Part shown: in pieces, positions 50,511 through 55,571 of the stretch
Numbering within the stretch: position 1 is the first letter of the stretch
Layout: each line of letters opens with the position of its first letter
DNA from: Thermoplasmatota archaeon
GTDB lineage: Archaea; Thermoplasmatota; E2; DHVEG-1
Direction of reading: 5' to 3'
DNA length: 55,571 nt
NCBI GenBank assembly: GCA_029762575.1
Contig: JARVGL010000003.1
Coordinates: forward strand, 1-55,571
Notes under the pieces: model-generated
The model's database searches: none
What the model was told of the DNA's origin: nothing
What the model saw: only the letters and a program-made list of their open reading frames with translations
Position numbers and translations under genes: made by a program

Positions 50511-51835
50511 TGAGGCGCTTACCTCTTTTCCTTTTTTTAATATGTCTTATCTCTCTTAATACAACTTTTGTAGCATCTGCTGCAGATCGATCAGTTCTTC
50601 TTGTGGAATTGACCGATACGATCGACCATATCTCAAAAGATATCTTCACTGATGCCCTTGCACAAGCTCATGATATGGATGCAGCGGCAGTTATCCTTAT
50701 CCTACAAACTCCAGGTGGTGGGTTAAAGGAGACTTTTGAGATAGCGGAATCTATTGATACAAGCGAAATCCCTGTTGTTGGGTACGTCTATCCAACGGGT
50801 GCCAGTGCATGGTCCGCGGGGACATTCATCCTTCTTAGCACACATATAGCAGCAATGGCTGATCACAGTATCATTGGATCCTGTCAACCAGTTGAGATAG
50901 GTTTTACAGGTTCTCGGGTCATCAATGATTCAAAAACGATAAATGCTCTTGTACAATGGCTTACAGAACGAGCTAGCATCTACGGACGTAACACAACACT
51001 TGCAGAGGAATTCATACGGATCAATAGAAATGTGAATGCATCAGTTGCCTTGGAACAGGGAGTTATCGAGTTCACTGCAAATACTCTAACTGAACTGCTG
51101 AGTTCAATTGATGGAAAGATGGTAAAAACAACCATAGGCAACACTACCCTTGAAACAGCCAATAGCTGGATCAGATGGTTTTCTCCACCACTTCAGACTC
51201 AGATACGTAAGATCCTCTCCAACCCTGTTCTCTCCTCTCTCTTACTTATGCTAGGGATATTCTCGCTTCTTGCAGGTATCTCAGCACCAGGATACGGGGC
51301 GGAGGTGTTTGGTGTTGTTGCAATCCTCTTATCGCTTATCGGGTCGGGGTTTGCGGTCACAGAGCTAAGTATCCTTTTTATAGTGATAGGTGTTTTACTT
51401 TTGGTTCTTGAACTATGGGCCATTCCAGGTTTTGGCGTTGTCGGAATTGGAGGAATCATATGTCTTGTAATAGGATCGGTTTTTTTGATACCTACGTATC
51501 CAAATCAACAATGGGTGATATCTATGGCATGGGTTGATACTTTTCTTGTCGTTCTTATCGTAACCGTGATTCTTTTTGCAGTGTTCTTTTTGTTTCTTTT
51601 ATATAAGATTGTTGAAGTACGCAAGAAGAAACGTGTTGTAGGAGAGTTTGTTGGTGAGACTGCATTGACCGTTGATACCCTTACTCCCGATATGATTGGT
51701 TACGTACGCTTCAAAGGTGAGTTATGGCAGGCGTCCTCAGACCAAATCATTGAAAAGAATACAAAGGTATTGATAACTGGGAAAGATGGGGCTGTTTTAT
51801 TAGTGGTTCCTCTAGATATCAGTCCCAAACATTAA
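50507..51835 (+). CDS. nfeD: NfeD long form (S49 protease, TM, OB fold), stomatin partner
   Basis: TPGG, AWSAG, IGSCQP, PGFGVVGIGG, GYVRFKGELWQA; ATGA overlap with stomatin gene. Confidence 0.92.
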   Translation: MMRRLPLFLFLICLISLNTTFVASAADRSVLLVELTDTIDHISKDIFTDALAQAHDMDAAAVILILQTPGGGLKETFEIAESIDTSEIPVVGYVYPTGASAWSAGTFILLSTHIAAMADHSIIGSCQPVEIGFTGSRVINDSKTINALVQWLTERASIYGRNTTLAEEFIRINRNVNASVALEQGVIEFTANTLTELLSSIDGKMVKTTIGNTTLETANSWIRWFSPPLQTQIRKILSNPVLSSLLLMLGIFSLLAGISAPGYGAEVFGVVAILLSLIGSGFAVTELSILFIVIGVLLLVLELWAIPGFGVVGIGGIICLVIGSVFLIPTYPNQQWVISMAWVDTFLVVLIVTVILFAVFFLFLLYKIVEVRKKKRVVGEFVGETALTVDTLTPDMIGYVRFKGELWQASSDQIIEKNTKVLITGKDGAVLLVVPLDISPKH

Positions 51836-51869
51836 TCAACCCCTTTTTCCCTATCCGGCCTGAACATTC

Positions 51870-53114
51870 ATGGTAAACGATATGCACCTACGCTTTCTTG
51901 GTGGTAGTGACAGAGTTGGCAGTCTTGCAATGCTTTTGGACATCGATGATACACACCTTCTCTTTGATTATGGGATGACCCCTAGTAAACCTCCTGAGAT
52001 CCCGCTTCCAGCTCCACCGGTTGATTATGTTTTTCTCTCTCATGCTCACTTGGACCATTCAGGTATGCTTCCAGTTCTCTCTGAAAACGGTTCCGTTCCC
52101 ATTTATTGTACGAATATCACTAGTGAGATCAGTCATTTACTCCATAAGGATTCTTTGAAGATAGCGGAGACCGAAGGATATTCTCCACCATATAGTACGC
52201 TTGAGATCAAGAAAATAATGCATTTGTTTGAAGTGGTCAAACCAAAGGAATCCTTTGAAATCAGTTCGATGTATGACGTAAGGTTTCATGATGCTGGGCA
52301 TATCCCTGGCTCACTCATGGTTGAGATCTCAGGGTCCAAACGATTATTGTTCACTGGTGATTTCAACACCATTGACACCCATCTTGTCAAAGGCACTAAA
52401 CCTGTTGACTGTGACATCCTTGTTATGGAAGGAACATATGCAGGAAGAGATCATCCTATGGGTCGAGAGGAACTTGAGAAAGAGTTCATAGACAAGATCG
52501 ATGAGGTCGTTGGCCGCGGTGGGGTAGCTGTTCTTCCAGCATTTGCTGTTTCACGGTCCCAAGAGATAGCTTTAGTGTTACGGAAGGCTGGTTTTGATAT
52601 ATGGTTTGATGGTATGGGGCGAAAGGTGTCTAAGTTATTCTTGAAACATCCAGAGTATCTCAGGGATGCAAGTGCGTTAAAACGGGCTATGAACGATATC
52701 AATCTTGTTCATTCGGACCATGGGAGAAAACTTGCTTTAGAATCCGAGGTCATCCTTACATCAAGTGGTATGATGGATGGCGGACCAGTGTTACATTACA
52801 TGAATAAATTAAAGAATGATCCTAAAAGCGCGGTACTTCTTACAGGTTATCAGGTGGAGGGGACCAATAGTAGGCTTCTAGTTGATCATAGGAAACTTGA
52901 TTTCTATGGGGTCCTTGAAAGTGTATCCTGCGAGGTTCAGTATTATGATTTTTCAGGTCATGCTGGGCACAGTGAGCTCGTTAGCTTTGCCAAAGCATGT
53001 AGTCCAGAAAAGATCGTTCTCATGCATAGTGAGAATCGTGAGGTCCTTGCGGAATCATTGAAGGATTTCTCTGAAGTGATCCTCCCGCATAATGATCAAT
53101 ATATCTCTTTGTGA
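51870..53114 (+). CDS. beta-CASP MBL-fold ribonuclease (aCPSF2-like)
   Basis: SHAHLDH, AGHIPGS, TGDF, EGTY, PAFAVSRSQE, SSGMMDGG, FSGH; no KH domains; alternative start 51882. Confidence 0.9.
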   Translation: MVNDMHLRFLGGSDRVGSLAMLLDIDDTHLLFDYGMTPSKPPEIPLPAPPVDYVFLSHAHLDHSGMLPVLSENGSVPIYCTNITSEISHLLHKDSLKIAETEGYSPPYSTLEIKKIMHLFEVVKPKESFEISSMYDVRFHDAGHIPGSLMVEISGSKRLLFTGDFNTIDTHLVKGTKPVDCDILVMEGTYAGRDHPMGREELEKEFIDKIDEVVGRGGVAVLPAFAVSRSQEIALVLRKAGFDIWFDGMGRKVSKLFLKHPEYLRDASALKRAMNDINLVHSDHGRKLALESEVILTSSGMMDGGPVLHYMNKLKNDPKSAVLLTGYQVEGTNSRLLVDHRKLDFYGVLESVSCEVQYYDFSGHAGHSELVSFAKACSPEKIVLMHSENREVLAESLKDFSEVILPHNDQYISL

Positions 53115-53224
53115 CAACGGTTTTTCCAGTAGATGGTTTTGTAATATGAGAAATCTATTTAGCAATGGTTATTGATTTGAGAAATGAAGGATACGACATA
53201 GAAAAGGAGTAAGGTACGGATACG

Positions 53225-54475
53225 ATGACTGAGTTATCTCAACGACAGAAATATGATTTGAAACGTCAGTTAGAAGAGCTTAAGGCTTGTAGAGGAAAGC
53301 ATACTGAGCTTATTTCGTTATATGTTCCACCAACAAAACAAATATCTGATGTGACCTCGTATCTACGTAACGAGATATCTGAGTCGCAGAACATCAAATC
53401 AAAGACAACAAAAAAGAATGTGTTATCAGCTATCGAATCCATCCTCAGCAGGTTAAAGATGTTCCGTCAGCCACCGGAAAACGGTGTTGTCTTCTTTGTT
53501 GGTCATAAGAGTATAGGTAGCGATCAGACAACGATGGTTGCATTTGTCGTGGAACCACCACTTCCAATACAAACCTTTCTCTATAGATGTGACTCCCTGT
53601 TCTTTATTGAACCATTGGAGCAAATGCTCACGGAAAGGGAGCTCTATGGGTTATTCCTTATCGATCGACGTGAATGTACCATAGGCCTTCTCAGAGGAAA
53701 TCGTGTTGAGTTACTGAAATATATGACGTCTCAGGTTCCTGGTAAACATGGTCGTGGAGGTCAATCTCAGAGGCGTTTTGAACGATTAACAGAGATAGCT
53801 GCCCATGAATGGTTTCAGAAATGTGGTGAGAAAGCTAGTGAGATCTTTCTAGCAGAACCAGATGTTAAAGGAATTTTAATTGGTGGCCCAGGTCCTACGA
53901 AACGGTATTTCAATGAAGAAGGCTATCTTCATTATGAGATACAGGATAAGGTCGTTGATCTGTTCGATACTGGGTATACCGATGAGTATGGACTTCGGGA
54001 ACTTGTCTCCGTTGCATCAGATACCATGATGGATTTGAAGATATCTCAGGAAAAAAAGGTGATGAAACGGTTCCTTAGAGAGATAACAAAAGGAGATAAT
54101 AGTTTAGCTGTCTATGGAGAACATTTTGTTAGAAAGGCTCTTGAGATGGGTGCGGTAGATAGCTTGCTTCTCTCTGAAGATCTTAGAAAATATCGGATAA
54201 CGTTACGTTGTCCAACCTGTTCATATGAAGAAAAAAAAACGATTAGCGAGGACGTATTAGAAACATTTGAACCACCGATGTGTCCTACGTGTAAGACACC
54301 GACTCAGATGGAGATCACTCAAAAAATCGATATCATTGATGAGCTCTCAGAGCTTGTAGAAGCGACCAGTGGAAAAGTCTTTTTGATATCTCAAAGTAGC
54401 GAGGAGGGGGATTCCTTGAAAGCAGCATTTAGCGGTATTGCTGCTATCTCTCGTTATCCACTTAAACTTGTGTAA
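53225..54475 (+). CDS. prf1: Peptide chain release factor aRF1
   Basis: TELISLY, NIKS, YRCDSLF, GGQSQRRF, Zn-finger minidomain CPTC/CPTC. Confidence 0.97.
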   Translation: MTELSQRQKYDLKRQLEELKACRGKHTELISLYVPPTKQISDVTSYLRNEISESQNIKSKTTKKNVLSAIESILSRLKMFRQPPENGVVFFVGHKSIGSDQTTMVAFVVEPPLPIQTFLYRCDSLFFIEPLEQMLTERELYGLFLIDRRECTIGLLRGNRVELLKYMTSQVPGKHGRGGQSQRRFERLTEIAAHEWFQKCGEKASEIFLAEPDVKGILIGGPGPTKRYFNEEGYLHYEIQDKVVDLFDTGYTDEYGLRELVSVASDTMMDLKISQEKKVMKRFLREITKGDNSLAVYGEHFVRKALEMGAVDSLLLSEDLRKYRITLRCPTCSYEEKKTISEDVLETFEPPMCPTCKTPTQMEITQKIDIIDELSELVEATSGKVFLISQSSEEGDSLKAAFSGIAAISRYPLKLV

Positions 54476-54615
54476 ACCCTGAAAATTATTCAATGGTTTA
54501 ATATCAAGAGAATTTTTGAGTATGGTTGAATCCTTTTTCAAAAATTTCTCAAAATGTTAGTTTAAATAGAACATTTTATAAATGGGGAAATATATTATTA
54601 GGGCGGTAATGTGCG

Positions 54616-55571
54616 ATGACATCTCGAGAAGACTTTCTCTCTTTTATTCCTGCCAACAAGAAGATACCCGAATTAACAATAAAAGCCGTGCTTGTCGGAG
54701 CACTTCTTGCTATCATTTTAGGTTCAGCAAATGCGTATCTAGGTCTTTATGCTGGAATGACCGTTTCTGCGGTTATCCCTGGAGCCGTTATGGCCTTTGC
54801 ACTCCTCAAACCTTTTAAAGGAAATATCCTTGAAGTAAACATTGGGATGATGGGTGCAGCAGCCGGTGAAGCCCTTGCTGCAGGCGTCATCTTCACTATC
54901 CCTGCAATCGTTCTTCTTGGAACATGGACCGAGGTTCATTATCTAGAGACAACGTTGATAGCTGCATTAGGCGGAGTCCTTGGCGTTCTCTGGATGGTTC
55001 CGCTGCGTCGGGCGTTGATCATTAAAACTGATCTTCCTTTTCCTGAGGGGGTCGCTGTTGCTGCAGTTCTTACAACTACTGTGGGGGGAGATGAAACCGA
55101 GAAACAGAAAACAGATGACAAGGGTAAGGTCAGTGGTATATGGCTGATCGTTGGTGTCGTGCTCGCAGGATTATTGAAATTCGGTCAGGTCTCCCTGAAA
55201 GCATTCAATGGAACCGTTAATGGAATTGTAAATATAGGTAAATATAATATCGGCAGCGGAGAGAATACTGGTGTGTTATATGGTGGTGTGGCAACATCAC
55301 CTGCGCTGTTAGCAGTGGGTTGGATCATTGGTCCTAAGATTTCTTCTTTTGTCTTTGTTGGTGGTCTTCTTGGCTGGGTCATCCTTGCACCACTCATTGC
55401 ACTTGCAACAGGTCTTCCAACACCAAGCCCTGATCAGTATACAGATGCATTAGCCTATGGTGGTGGTAATTTTGAAGTTGGTAGCATGATCTGGGGTTTC
55501 TACAAAATATGGGGTGATTATATCCGTTATATTGGTGTAGGGGCTATGGTTGTTGGTGGATTATTTACTAT
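54616..55571 (+). CDS. OPT family oligopeptide transporter, 3'-truncated by the window and absent from the ORF track
   Basis: Hand translation from ATG 54616: MTSREDF...PELTIKAV...ANAYLGLYAGMTVSAVIP...GVIFTIPA...LPFPEG...SPALLAVGWIIG. Confidence 0.9.
   Translation, partial: MTSREDFLSFIPANKKIPELTIKAVLVGALLAIILGSANAYLGLYAGMTVSAVIPGAVMAFALLKPFKGNILEVNIGMMGAAAGEALAAGVIFTIPAIVLLGTWTEVHYLETTLIAALGGVLGVLWMVPLRRALIIKTDLPFPEGVAVAAVLTTTVGGDETEKQKTDDKGKVSGIWLIVGVVLAGLLKFGQVSLKAFNGTVNGIVNIGKYNIGSGENTGVLYGGVATSPALLAVGWIIGPKISSFVFVGGLLGWVILAPLIALATGLPTPSPDQYTDALAYGGGNFEVGSMIWGFYKIWGDYIRYIGVGAMVVGGLFT

Noticed and set aside
53225-54475. Stop-codon reassignment suggested by aRF1 variants (GKHT, ESQNIKS)
   Set aside because: NIKS, YxCxxxF and GGQ are intact; TAA, TAG and TGA all end conserved genes at expected positions; no in-frame stops seen
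54511-54546. 9-bp inverted repeat AATTTTTGA/TCAAAAATT after aRF1
   Set aside because: Very AT-rich; at most an ordinary terminator-like element

Overview
Gene-dense archaeal chromosome segment. Alba, TBP, aRF1, GatD, Nmd3, an alpha2-type tRNA-intron endonuclease, ThiDN and IorAB mark it as archaeal. The secreted C25/C69/S16 proteases, PKD and beta-helix proteins suggest a peptide-fermenting Thermoplasmatota such as MBG-D/Thermoprofundales (inference only). It holds about 47 CDS, two cut by the window edges, plus tRNA-Leu(CAA); I saw no CRISPR array, integrase or transposase. Best leads: (1) a degenerate TBP paralogue lacking 3 of 4 TATA-intercalating Phe, overlapping the canonical tbp; (2) a BlaI/M56 (BlaR1-like) switch with unrecognised sensor segments and three TAC-N5-GTA boxes, two over a divergent promoter that points, through a structured G-rich element, at a membrane Lon-like protease; (3) a membrane-anchored serpin with P1 Lys near two gingipain-family genes; (4) a ThiI-like protein with no PP-loop; (5) an RHH gene with a perfect upstream palindrome facing a 34-aa ORF; (6) an apparent ATC start on an NSS transporter. 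All calls come from reading motifs by eye; no searches were run.
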